64,000 nucleotides of DNA, taken from NCBI RefSeq assembly GCF_020745735.1, contig NC_083416.1, forward strand, positions 38,465,131-38,529,130. The letters run 5' to 3'. Made by a program: the position numbers and the translations under genes. Source of the DNA: Hemiscyllium ocellatum. Taxonomy: Eukaryota. Below the pieces are notes generated by a model, which saw only the letters and a list, made by a program, of their open reading frames with translations, searched no databases and was not told where the DNA came from. Positions 26,956 through 38,906 of this stretch are shown here, piece by piece (the stretch's first letter is position 1; each line of letters opens with the position of its first letter).

Positions 26956-27282
26956 GTTGCCCTGTAATACAGAGAACCATGCATGCATTTGCTCATAAAA
27001 ATGAAAATATAATTAAGAAGGAGCTACTGAAGCACAAGACAACCTGTCAGACAGTCAGGCATGTGGGGTGCTATAATTACAAGAACTTGCATCACCGGGA
27101 AAATGCATTTAGCTGATATCTGCCTGAATCTTTGCAAGCAGTCACTGGTATCCCAAAAGAAATATCGACATGTGATGTTCCTAGGCTAAAATGTTTTTAC
27201 ATCACTGTAAATTTTAAACACTTTTACAAGAAAATTTGCTTCAATTTTTTCCTCTTAAGTTCCCATTTTTTTGATTTTACAG

Positions 27283-27331
27283 TTGAAAGGACAATCAGCT
27301 AACATATTTATCTTTGCCTGCTTGGAGGCAG
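27283..27331 (+). other. Candidate internal/5' UTR exon
   Basis: Strong polypyrimidine acceptor ttttttgattttacag and donor CAG|gtaaat, 49 nt. Confidence 0.3.
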
Positions 27332-27477
27332 GTAAATAGTGCCAGTTTGTGAGCACAGTCAAACATCTATTTTTACACTTTGACTGAATTGTTTTTCTCA
27401 CTGTATCACTTTTAATGCAACTGAGATCATTAACTCTGATTTGACAAAGAAACCAAGAAGGTGAAGGTGACTCTTAT

Positions 27478-27900
27478 TGGTGGAGTAACCTAATGGTTAG
27501 GGTACTGGACTGAGGCATGTACCAATTATCCAAAGACTGCGTGGATATATGAATATGAAGGGTTTAGAGGGATATGGGCTAACTGCTGGCAAATGGGACA
27601 AGATCAATTTCGGATATCTGGTTGGCATGAATGAGTTGGACTGAAGGATCTGTTTCTATGCTGTTATCTCTATGATTATGACTCTATGACTAGAGTTTAA
27701 AATCCACCTTTACATTTAGTGCACATAAATGCAGTTAATGAATTCCAATTTTTCTGGAATAAAAAGGAATATCACTAATGATGAAGATGAAATAACTGTA
27801 TTGCGGTAAAAATCCATCTGGTTCACTCGTGCCATTTAGGGAAGGAAATCTGCTCTCCTTATCATCTGGCCTGCATATGATTACAGAGACACAGGTGATT
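27478..27900 (+). mobile_element. Old tRNA-headed SINE interrupted by a CR1 3' fragment (27540-27690)
   Basis: Head tggagtaacctaatggttagggtactggact; core catctggttcact...agggaaggaaatctgc; nested CR1 tail ending in tctatgattatgactctatgact. Confidence 0.6.
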
Positions 27901-28532
27901 AAAAATAGTGCTAAAGGACAGTTCCACATCCATGGCATTTTGTTCTTTAGTGATCTGCCTGAGTGCAAGTGCCTTAAAATTGATATTTATAATAATCTAC
28001 AAGAGGATTTGTTGTCTTAATTATGTATTTCTGAAAACTATTTAAGTTTTGTATGAACCTTTAAAAGGAAGTTCTCAAATTAAAAGAAGTATACACAATA
28101 CTTAACAATGCTCATCTCACAATTAGAACAATTTTGTGGGAATTGCAGCCAATTTTGAGCCATTTATCCAGTTCAGGAGGCAAATTGTTTACTTCTGTCC
28201 GTTGCATTTATTTTCGCTACACATTTTTATAGCTTTTCAGCTCCCTATTTAATTTTCTGTGGTTTGTATGCCATTTGGGATAGTTTCCTGCACTTTATTT
28301 CCCTTTTCTTTTTGCAATTGCAAGCAAAGTCTGACTCGCCACCAAATGTCAAATCATCTATTTTATTTTGTTTAGCATTTTGATTGAGATGTTTACTTAG
28401 CTCTCTTTACAAAACTTATCTTGTAGGTGGAACAGCAAGGCAAGAAATAGCAGTTACTTATTTATTTTGTTTAACTAGTAAATGTCGACTATTTCACAAT
28501 TATGCCCCAAATGATTTTATAAATTCCTACTT

Positions 28533-28710
28533 TTAGATTAGATTCCCTACAGCGTAGGGGCAGGCCTTTCAGCCCAACCAGTCCACACTGACCCTCCGAA
28601 GAGTAACCCAACCAGATCCATTTCGCTCTTACTAATACACTAACACTATGGGCAATTTAGCATGGCCAATTCACTTAGCCTGCACAGCTTTGGCTTGTGG
28701 GAGGAAACCG
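28533..28710 (-). mobile_element. HE1-type V-SINE, 3' half
   Basis: gggcaatttagcatggccaattcac core and ttagattagattccctacag tail, reverse of the copy at 39167. Confidence 0.85.
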
Positions 28711-28711
28711 C

Positions 28712-28985
28712 ATGGTGTCACAGTGGTTAGCCCTACTGCCTCAGGCAACTGTTCAACAGGCAGTGCCAGACACACGGGTTCAATTCTCACCTCAGGCAAC
28801 TGTCTGTGTGGAGTTTGCACAATCTCCCCACGTCTGTGTGGGTGTGCTCCGCTTTCCTCCCACAGTCCAAAGATGTGCAGGTTAGGTGAATTGGCCATGC
28901 TAAATTGCCTGTAGTGTTAGGTGTAGGGGGGTGGGTTGCTCTTTGGAGGGTAGAAGGGCCTGTTTCCACACTGTAAGTAATCTGA
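28712..28985 (+). mobile_element. HE1-type V-SINE
   Basis: A-box-like tgtcacagtggttagc, B box gggttcaattct, tgtgtggagtttgcac core, gggcctgtttccacactgtaag tail. Confidence 0.88.
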
Positions 28986-29640
28986 TTTAACCAACATTAG
29001 GGAGGATTTTTTTTTCATATTTCACGTTGTGAAGAAATAGTAAGAAAGACTATGACAATGGAATGAAGCAGCAAGTGAGATTTCACTTCAATGGCATTGA
29101 AAAGAATACTCATTTTGGAAATTTAGTTCTGATGTGTGTTTTTTAAATGACCTTGAACATGTATAAGGCGATTTATTCATGAGCTTCACCACTTAATTGC
29201 TTTGTGATGATGATTTCCCTAATTTTTTCTCAAACACACTTCAGCAGCAGACCTCCGCATATTGTTAGCCAGCTAGTCTTCCTGTGAATTACCACTGATC
29301 TCTGTTAAATAGAATTTGTCTCCATTCAACCAACAATAAATCACTTCTGAACCCCAGGGGCAGAAGCATTAGAATCCATTTACCAATGAGTCCCCTGTTA
29401 ATGCAAGTCCATTTTCCAGGTATGAAACTAAAAATTCTCAATAGATTAAGTGGGAAAAATGCAAATATGCAGTTATCCAAAATGACTATGTTTAAAATTA
29501 CATCTAATTCCTTTTTTAACTTTCAACAGTCAATTCAATAGCTTCTAATGTAACCTTGGCACACCAGTCAGGAATACTTGAATTATCCGTTCTAATTTTA
29601 TTTATATGGGTTTGAAAGAGTTAATTACTGATTGAGTGCC

Positions 29641-29686
29641 ATGCGATTCAACCACCATGATGATATCATGAAGACTGAATGCAAAA
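29641..29686 (+). CDS. Candidate first coding exon of an unidentified gene (MRFNHHDDIMKTECK)
   Basis: gccATG context, in-frame upstream TGA, consensus donor A|gtaagt, acceptor tttcaacag at 29529. Confidence 0.35.
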
Positions 29687-29831
29687 GTAAGTAAAGATCT
29701 TGAAGGAATCATACCTAAAGACCATATCATTCTAACAAAACTGTAATAATATAGAGTATATCCTTGTTACATGTAAATAGTTGTAGACATACAAAAAAAA
29801 ATTCCTTGTTTATTCCACAAACTCATCCCAG

Positions 29832-29892
29832 AAGGTGACCATCCTCACCCATACAATATTATGTGGGCCCTAGAGAAACATATAACTCTTAG
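29832..29892 (+). CDS. Candidate coding exon 2 (KGDHPHPYNIMWALEKHITLR)
   Basis: cccag acceptor, AG|gtatca donor; phases 1 and 2 match both neighbouring candidate exons. Confidence 0.3.
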
Positions 29893-30837
29893 GTATCAAT
29901 GGCAGCGAACACAACATGGTGATCAGCAATGTGATCTTAATGGGATATGAAAATTGATTTGCTTACTCATACATGTGAGCAATGCAGTGATAAACATCAT
30001 TAAGAGATCGAAAGATGTGATGGAGCTGAGAGAGAAAAAACAAATCTCTTGGCAATATTGAATACTGAGGAATACTTCAAAGAACAGCAGTAAAAATATC
30101 AGACCTGGCAAGAGGCACACTGGAACAGAACAAATCTGCAGTTCTCAGGGAAAAGTAAAATCTGTGTTGCCAGACAGTGGTCTATGGTAGTAGTTCCTTA
30201 TCTGAGTTCAGTTGTCAAATGAACAGATATTAGAGAATGAATGAGTCAAAATTAAAATTTCTGTTAAAAAGGGAGACATCAAATATGTTTAATTTGTGCC
30301 AAATCATACTGCTTCATCTCTTTTGCTCATAATTACTATGTGGCTTTTCTCCCTGTTGTGCGATAAAAGTTGCTACTAAACACACAATGAACATTTCTGG
30401 TCTCATATTCAAGAATGAGAGCATTGCATGTTCTGATTGGTGTTTGGGAAAGGATAGCCATAATTAAGACAAATTACAATATCATATGATGCTAAGCGAA
30501 GCTTCAATCATAATGATGTGCCCAAGAGTTGTGTAGAGTTCTCTGATCATTATCAGTTTGAGAGGCAATCTGACACAAACCATTTTGACCTGCTTATCAG
30601 TTTCAGTAACATGCAGACAATTTGGAAAAAGACAGTAATGTATAACAAGGTTCACTCCAATATCTAAGATGACAGAAGGTGCATTTAAACCATATTTCCT
30701 ATCAAAACAATGTGCTATGAGGTGGAATTTGGATGTGAAGGGAGTCTTGAACATCATCCAAACTTAAATGAGTATATCCCCTTGTAGGACACAGGCCAAA
30801 TGAAATTTTCCTCCGCAGAACTATGCAGTCATGAATA

Positions 30838-30865
30838 ATCTCTCTCTCTCTCACACACAAACACA
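30838..30865. repeat. (TC)n(AC)n compound microsatellite
   Basis: tctctctctctctcacacacaaacaca. Confidence 0.8.
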
Positions 30866-30892
30866 TGGTGTTCTCTTACCTTTACGCTCAGT

Positions 30893-31232
30893 GAATCATA
30901 GAATCAATTAATCCCTACAGAGTGGAAGCAAGCCATTCAGCCCATTGAGCCTACACTGACCCTCTGAAGAGCTGCCCACCCAGACCCAGCCCCACCCCCA
31001 CCCTATCCCTGTAACTCTGCATTTCCCATGGCTAACCCACCTACCCTGCATATCCTTATGAGCGATGGGCAATTTAGCACAGCCAATCCACCCAATCTGC
31101 ACGTCTTTGGGAGGAAACCGGAGCACCCGGAGGAATGTGCAAACTTCACACAGACAGTTGCCTGAGGATGGAATCAAACCTGGATCCCTGGTGCTGTGAC
31201 AACAGAGCTAACCACTGAGCCACTAAGCCACC
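30893..31232 (-). mobile_element. HE1-type V-SINE
   Basis: Minus strand tggctcagtggttagc A box, ggtttgattcc B box, V-SINE core, tagaatca-type tail. Confidence 0.88.
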
Positions 31233-31439
31233 CAGTGATGTCGTCAATGAATAAAGTCTTGACTATATTCATGAATATGAGAATTGAAGAATATTTGAAC
31301 TCTGTGGCTATCCAAGATGTTTCTCAGGAATGAGAAAGAAACTGATCAATTGTGACAAAGTAGAAATGTAACTCAATCCTGCAGCTAAAATGACAGTAGA
31401 TCAGGCATGTATTAGTTAAAATTCATAAATAATTACAGA

Positions 31440-32093
31440 AAAATGGCCTGATGGAGTCCCCAGCTGTGCTCTCATATCCTACATGAACCACCTGGCAGGA
31501 GTATTTACAAACATCTTTAACCTCTCCTTACTACAATGTAAGGTTCCAAAATGCTTCAAGAAGACCACCACCATCCTTGTGGCAAAGAAAAATCAGGCAA
31601 CATGTCATAATGACTACCTCCCAATGGCTCTGACATTCATCATTATGAAGTGCTTTGAGAGTATTGTAATGGCATACATCAACTCCGGCCTCCCAGACTG
31701 CCTTGATCCACTACAATTCACCTTCCATCTCCCTGGTCCCACACTGATTCCTGGAACATATGGCTAACAAGGGCATCCATGTCAGACTCCCATTTATTGA
31801 CTTTAGATTCAACACCATAATTCCAACAAAACGGTCCACACTCTGAGACCTAGGATTCCCTCCTCTGCAACTCCTCCCTTGACTACCTGACCCACAGTCT
31901 ACAATCAATAAGGATAGGTGACAAAATCTCCTCCACAATAATCCTCAGCACATGTGCCTCTCAAGGCTATGTACTCAGCCCCTTACTGTAATAATTATGC
32001 ACTCATGACTGTGTGGTCAAATTGAGCTCAACTCTATTTTCAAATTTACTGATGACACCACAGTAGTAGGTCGGTTCTCAAACAACAATGGGA
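31440..32093 (+). mobile_element. Rex1/Babar LINE RT, left piece (continues at 37045)
   Basis: LAGVFTNIFNLSL..KCFKKTT...NDYLPMALT.IIMKCFE...LDPLQF; ends at KFTDDTTVVGRFSNN. Confidence 0.85.
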
Positions 32094-35000
32094 CATAGAA
32101 CATAGAAAATTACAGAACAGTACAGGCCCTTTGGCCCTCGATGTTGCGCTGACCTGTGAAACAAATCTGAAGCCCATCAAACCTACACTATTCCACTATC
32201 CACCATATGTTTATCCAATCACCATTTAAATGCCATTAAAGTTGGTGAATTTACTATTGTTGAAGGCAGTGCATTCCACCCTCTTACTATTCTTTGAGTA
32301 AAGAACCTACCTCTGACATTTGTCCTATATCTAGCACCCCTCAATTTAAAGCTATGTCCCATTGTGCAAGCTATCAGCATCCAAGAAAAAAAGCTCTCAC
32401 TGTCCACCCTATCCAATCCACTGATTATCTTGTATGTCTCAATGAATTCACCACTCAACCTTCTTCTCTCTAATGAAAAAAGCCTCAAGTCCCTCAGACT
32501 TTTCTCATAAGACCTTCCCTCCTAACCAGGCAACATCCTGGTAAACCTTTGCATCCTCTCCAATGTTTCCAAATCCTTTCAATAATGCGGTGACTAGAAC
32601 TACTTGCAACACTGCAAGTGCAGCTGCACCAGTATTGCACAGCTGCAGCATGACCTCATGGCTCTGAAACCCAATCCATCTTGCAATAAAAGTTAACACA
32701 CCAAAAGGGTTCTTAACAACCCTATCAATCTGATTTGAAAATGTGTTGCTGGAAAAGCGCAGCAGGTCAAGCAGCATTCAAGGAGCAGGAGAATCGATGT
32801 TTTGGGCATGAGCCCTTCTTCAGGAATGAGGAAAGTGTGTCCAACAGGCTAAGATAAAAGGTAGGGAGGAGGGACTTGGGGGTGGGGCGATGGAGATGTG
32901 ATAGGTGGAAGGAGGTCAAGGTGAGGGTGATAGGCCGGAGTGGGGGTGGGGATGGAGAGGTCAGGAAGAAGATTGCAGGTTAGGAAGGTGGTGCTGAGTT
33001 TGAGGGATTTGACTGAGACAAGGGGGGGAGGGAGGGGAAATGAGGAAATTGGGGAAATCTGAGTTCATCCCTTGTGGTTGGAGGGTTCCTAGGCAGAAGA
33101 TGAGGCACTCTTCCTCCAGCCGTCGTGTTGCTATGGTCTGGCGATGGAGGAGTCCAAGGACCTGCATGTCCTTGGTGGAGTAGGAGGGGGAGTTGAAGTG
33201 TTGAGCACGGGGTGGTTGGATTGGTTGGTCTGGGTGTCCCAGAGGTATTCTCTGAAACGTTCCGCAAGTAGCAGGCCTGTCTCCCCAATATAGAGGAGGC
33301 CACACTGGGCGATGTGTGTGGAGGTGCAGGTGAATTTGTGGCAGATATGGAAGGTTCCCTTGGGGCCTTGGAGGGAAGTAAGGGGGGACATGTGAGCGCA
33401 AGTTTTGCATTTCTTGCAGTTGCAGGGGAAGGTGCTGGGAGTGGATGTTGGGTCGGTGGCGGGTGTGGACCTGACGAGGGAGTCACGGAGGGAGTGGTCT
33501 TTTTGGAATGCTGATAGGGGAGGGAAGGGAAATATATCTCTGGTGGTGGGGTCCTAACAATCTGATTGGCTGCTTTCAGGGATCTATGTACCTCTGTTCA
33601 TTCACGCTCCCAATAATCTTACCATTAGCCCAGTACTCTGTTTTCCTGTTACTCCTTCCAAAGTGAATCAGCTCACACTTGTCCGCATTAATCTCCATTT
33701 GCCACCGCTCAGCCCAATTCTGCAGCTTATCTACATCCTTCTGTAACCTGCAACATCCTTCCACACTGTCCACAACTCCACCTACTTCAGTGGCATCCAC
33801 AAATTTACTAACCCATTCTTTTGCATCCTCATCCAGTTCATTAAGAAAAATAACAATCAGCAGTGGCCTCAGAACAGATCCTTGTGATACACCACTTGTA
33901 ACTGAACTCCAGATGAACATTTCCCATCAACCACCAGTCTCTATCTTCTTACAGCTAGCCAAATTTTTGATCCAAACCGATAAATCACCCTCAATTGCAT
34001 GCCTCCATACTTTCTGCAGTAGCCTACCATGGGGAACATTATCAAACGCTTTACTGAAATCTATATACACCACATCAACTGCATTACCCTCATCCACCTG
34101 TTTGGTCTCCATCTCAAATAGTTCTGTAAGGTTTGTGAGGCACGAACTACCCTTCACAAAACCTAATCAAATTATTCCATTCTAGATGATTAGAAATACT
34201 ATCTCTTACTATGTTTTCAAACACTATACCCACAACCAAAGTAAGGCTCACTCGTTTATAATTACCAGGGTTGTCTCTACTCTCCTTCTTGAACAAGGGA
34301 ACAACATTTGCTATCCTCCAGTCTTCTGGCACTATTCCTGTAGACAATGACGACATGAAGATCAAAGCCAAAGGCTGTGCAATCTCCTCCCTAGCTTCCC
34401 AGAGAATCCATGGATAAATCTCATTCAGCCAGGGAACTTATTTATTTTCACACTTTCCACAATTGCTAACACCTCCTCCTTATGCACCTCAATCCCATTT
34501 GTGTAGTAGCCTGTATCTCAGTATTCTCCTCAATATCATTGTCTTTTTCCTGTGTGAATATTGACAAAAAATATTCATTTAAAGCTTCTCCTATCTCCTC
34601 GGATTTCACGCACAACTTCTCACTACTGTCCTTGACTGGCCTAATATTATTCTAGTCATTCTTTTATTCCCAATATACCTATTGAAAGCTTTAGGGTTCA
34701 CCTTGATCTATCTGCCAAAGACTTCTCATGTCCCCTCCTGGCTCTTCTTAGCTCTCTCTTCAAGCCCTTCCTGGCTAACCTGTAACTCTCAAGGGCCCTA
34801 ACTGAGGCTTCACATCTCATCTTTACATAAGGCTCCTTTTCCCTCTTGACAAGAGATTCAACTTCTTTAGAAAACCATGGTATCCTTACTCAAACACTTC
34901 CTTTCTGCCTGACAGATACATACTTATCCCTTGAATAAGCTCCACATTTTAAATGTGCCCATCCCCTGAAATTTCCTTCCCTATCCGATGCATCTAAATC

Positions 35001-37030
35001 TTGCCTAATTACATCGTAATTGCCTTTCCCCCAGCTATAACTATTGTCCTGCAGTTTATACATGTCTCTTTCCATCTCTAAAGTAAACGTAATTGAATTG
35101 TCATCACTATCACCAAAGTGCTCATCTACCTCCAAATCTAACACCTGGCCAGCCAGTACAAAATCCAATGTGGCCTCATGTCTTGTTGGCCTATCTAAAT
35201 GCTGTGCCAGGAAACCCTCCTGCACACAATGGACAAAAACTCTAAAGTACTCCAACTATCGAGTTTCCAGTCAATATTTGGAAAGTTAAAGCCCCCATAA
35301 CAACCACCCTGTTACTTTTGCTCCTATCCAAAATCATCTTTACAATCCTTTCCTCTACATCTCTGGAACTTTTTGGAGGCTTATAGAAAACTCCCGACAG
35401 GGTGACCTCTCCTTTCCTGTTTCTAACCTCAGCCCATACTACCTCAGTAGATGAGTCCTCATTAAACATGCTTTTTGTCACCGTAATACTGTCCTTGACT
35501 AACAATGCCACTCCTCACCCTCTTTTACTACCTTCCCTGTTCTTACTGAAGTATCTAAACTCTGGAACCTGCAACAACTAATCCTGTCTCTGCTCTATCC
35601 ATGTCTCCAAAATGGGCATAAGATCGAAGTCCCAGGTACCAACCCATGCTGCAAGTTCACCCACCTTATTCTGAATGTTCCTGGCATTGAAGTAGACACA
35701 CTTCAAACCACCTTCCTGCCTGCTGATACACTTCTGCAACCTTGAAGCTTTGTTTATGACCTCACTGTACACTGGAGCTACAATTAAGGTTACCAGCCCC
35801 CTGCTGAATTAGTTTAAACCCTCCCAAAGAGCATTAGCAAATGTCCCCTCCCCAGGATGTTGGTATTCCTCTGGTTCTGGTGTAGACCATCCCATTTGCA
35901 GAGGTTCCATCTACCCCAGAATGTGTCCATTTATCCAGGTATCTGCAACCCTCCCCCCTACACCATCCCTGTAGCCATATGTTCACCTGCTGTCTCTCCC
36001 TATTACTCACCTTACTAGCGCGTGGCACACGTAACAAATCAGAGATAACAACTCTGTTTGTTCTAGCACTAAGCTTCCACCTGGGCTCCCTGAATTTCTG
36101 CCTTACATCCCCTCCCTTTTCCTAACTATTTCGTTGGTGCCTATGTGAACGTGACTTGGGGCTGCGCCTCCTCTCCCTTAAGAATCCTGAAAAAATTATC
36201 TGAGACACCACAGACCCTGGCACATGGGAGGCAACACATTAAATGTGAGCCTATTTCGTTTCTACAGACCCTCTTATCTGTACCCCTAACTATGGAATCC
36301 CTAATGATTAATGCTCTACTCCTCTCCCCCCTTCCCTTCTAAGCAACAGGTACAGACTCGGTGCCAGAGGCCTGTACCCATGGCTTACTCCTGATACGTC
36401 CTCCCCCTAAAAGTATTCAAAACAGTATACTTGTTATTGAGGGGAACAGCCACATGAGATGCCTGCACTGTCTGCCTATTCCCTTACTGTCTCTGATTGT
36501 AACCCATCTACCTTTCTCTTGTACCTGAAGTGTGACTACCTAACTGTAACTCCTTTCACTTACACTCCCACCAACCTCCTGAATGATCCAAAGTTCATCC
36601 AACTCCAGCTCCAGCTGCAATTTCCTAACATGGTTTCCGAAGAACTGGGGTTGGGTGCACGTCCCGCAGATAAAGTCAGTGGGGACACTAGTGGTGGCCC
36701 TTACCTCCCACATCTTACAGGAGGAGCATTCAACTGCCCTAACATCCATTCCCACTTATCTGAATTCCCAATGAGACTGTTGAAAAGAAAACTAGTAACC
36801 TTACCAATCTGGCGCACAGAACCTTTGTTTTTGATTCAACGAGGAGGATGAGTGGGAGACACTACATAAGTAGTGTTTCGGGGAAAGCAACTGCCCAAAT
36901 GTATTACCTCACTTACTCAGCCATCCCGTGTGCTCTGCCTATACATGAGATAAGTCATTTTGGAGGGAACTTTACCTTCCCGGCAGCCCCCGGTCCTTGC
37001 TCTCACTGCTCCCGCAGCTGCTGCAAAAAG
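32094..37030 (-). mobile_element. Near full-length CR1 LINE (ORF1 Cys-rich + esterase; ORF2 APE-RT), disrupted
   Basis: ORF1 CSSCKMW...CGTC (36540-36755) and GDSIVRG esterase (~36300); APE GLKCVYFNARNI; RT QGSVL...KFVDATE; ctatgtt-type tail. Confidence 0.93.
32736..33552 (-). mobile_element. Penelope-like element 3' part (GIY-YIG + terminal repeat) nested in CR1, ~15 bp TSD
   Basis: CGLLYIGETG...RRLEEECLIFCLGTLQPQGMN; TSD cctatcaatctgatt (32721-32735) / cctaacaatctgatt (33553-33567). Confidence 0.92.
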
Positions 37031-37044
37031 GAGTCTGCTGACTC

Positions 37045-38085
37045 TCGAGATAGAGTATGGGAAAGACACAGTTTAGTGGCATGGTGTAACAGCAACAATC
37101 TCGACTTCAATGTCAGAAAGATGAAGGAGCTGATCATCAATTTCAGGAAGTGGCTGGTGGACATGCCCCTTTCTGATTCAATGGTGCTGAGGTTGAAATG
37201 GTCAAGACCTTCAAATTTCGGGAGTAAATATCACCAACAATCTGTCCAGTTCCATCCATGTTGACAGTACAGTCAAGAAAGTACATCAATGTCTCAACAT
37301 CCTCAGAAAGGTAAGGAGTTTGGCATGTTCACATTGACTCTTACCAATTTTTATAGATGCACCATAGAAGGCATCCTTTACAAATATCGTCATGATTTGG
37401 AGATGCAGGTGTTGGACTGAGGTGTACAAAGTTAAAAATCACACAACACCAGGTTATAGTCCATCAGGTTTAATTGGAAGCACTAATTTTTGGGGCGCCG
37501 CTCCTTCATCAGGTCATTGTGGAGTACACAGTTGTAAGACACATAAGTTTTACTCCACAATGACCTGATAAAGGAGCCACACTCTGAAAACTAGTGCATC
37601 CAATTAAACCTGTTGGACTATAACTTGGTGTTGTGTGATTTTTAACTTTACAGATGTATCACAGCTTGGTATGGCAACTGCACCCAAGACTACAAGAAAT
37701 TACTGAGAGTCATGAACACAGCCCAGACCATCACAGAAACCAATCCTCCTTCCATTGACTCCTTCTATACTTCTCACAGTCAACATAATCAAAAGACCTC
37801 TTCCACCCCAGCTGTACTCTCTTTCATCCTCTTCCATCAGGCAGAAGATTTAAAAGTTTGAAAACAAATACGATTAGTTTTAAATTTCGAGCCCAGTGTT
37901 ATCAGACTTATGAATGGACTTCTCATACATTAGATTTTATGTTTTTCTGCACCTTCTCTGTAACTGTAACACTATATTCCACATTCTGTTCTATTACCCT
38001 GATTAACTTACGTAAGGTTTGTCTGGTTAGCATGCAAAACAATACTTTTTGCTGTATCCCCATACACATGACAATAATAAATCAA
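37045..38085 (+). mobile_element. Rex1/Babar LINE, right piece to 3' end
   Basis: SLVAWCNSNNLDFNVRKMKELIINFRK continues the RT broken at 32093; tail gacaataataaatcaa. Confidence 0.85.
37389..37649. mobile_element. Fold-back element: ~99 bp inverted arms, each with a hammerhead remnant
   Basis: Arms 37428-37526 / 37551-37649; minus CTGATGAAGGAGCGGCGCCCCAAAAATTA and plus CTGATAAAGGAGCCACACTCTGAAAACTA. Confidence 0.85.
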
Positions 38086-38099
38086 AGAGATTTTATTTA

Positions 38100-38905
38100 C
38101 AATGAAGTGTTAACTATGCCACCAAAGTGCCATCAGAAGTTTTGATTTATTTCCCTTCCACTATGTCTAAACACAGCTCTGGGGTCCAGAGCGAGGGTGA
38201 AGACTGCATGTTCTATAGTGAACACTTTTGGCGTGGAAGATTTGGGTGGATGATATTGGAGATATTTGTGTATAGAGAGCCCAGGCATGTTCAGAATGTC
38301 CTGCTCAGATGCAGGAATTCCCTACTTAGCTGCAACTTCCACAGGGTTGGGGAGAGCAGACAGTGAGCTGGTGAGGGGCGAGGCACTTCTAGGGTATCAT
38401 GAGAAGAGACATCTCAGGGTCTGTGTTTGGTTCCACTTCCATCTGGGTACCTGCTGGTATCACCCTGTCTCCATCAGTGGAATGGGCACCTGGAGTGAGG
38501 TCAAGTTCTCTCATCCCCAATGAAGTGCGGATCTGCATGTATTCCTGCAGCCACTGAATGTCCTGCTGCACCTGGCTTTCCATGACGGTTGCCAACATCT
38601 CCATGGAGACAGCCAGATTCGTGCATTCCAGAGCCAGCACTGTACAGATAATGTTGTTGAGCTCCTCCTACCCTAGAGCAGGTTTATGAAAAGTCTCACA
38701 CAAACTTGTCTTCTGTTCCTCTGACTGTCCATTTGGAAAAAAAGTTGTTAATGGATCTCTTCTGACTGGACTGATTTGTTGCTTGGTCTTTAGCAGTCCT
38801 CTGATTGTCAGTGATTTGGAAAATTTCTTTCTCAATTAGTTTCAAAGATGTGCAAGTGATGTGCTCACATGATTGTGTTCTTGAGCCTAATCTAGAAAGG
38901 GAACC
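38100..38905 (-). pseudogene. Harbinger Myb-gene downstream exon remnant (element split by CR1)
   Basis: CTNLAVSMEMLATVMESQVQQ coiled-coil-like segment in the same orientation as the Myb domain at 42850-43060. Confidence 0.45.
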
Positions 38906-38906
38906 C

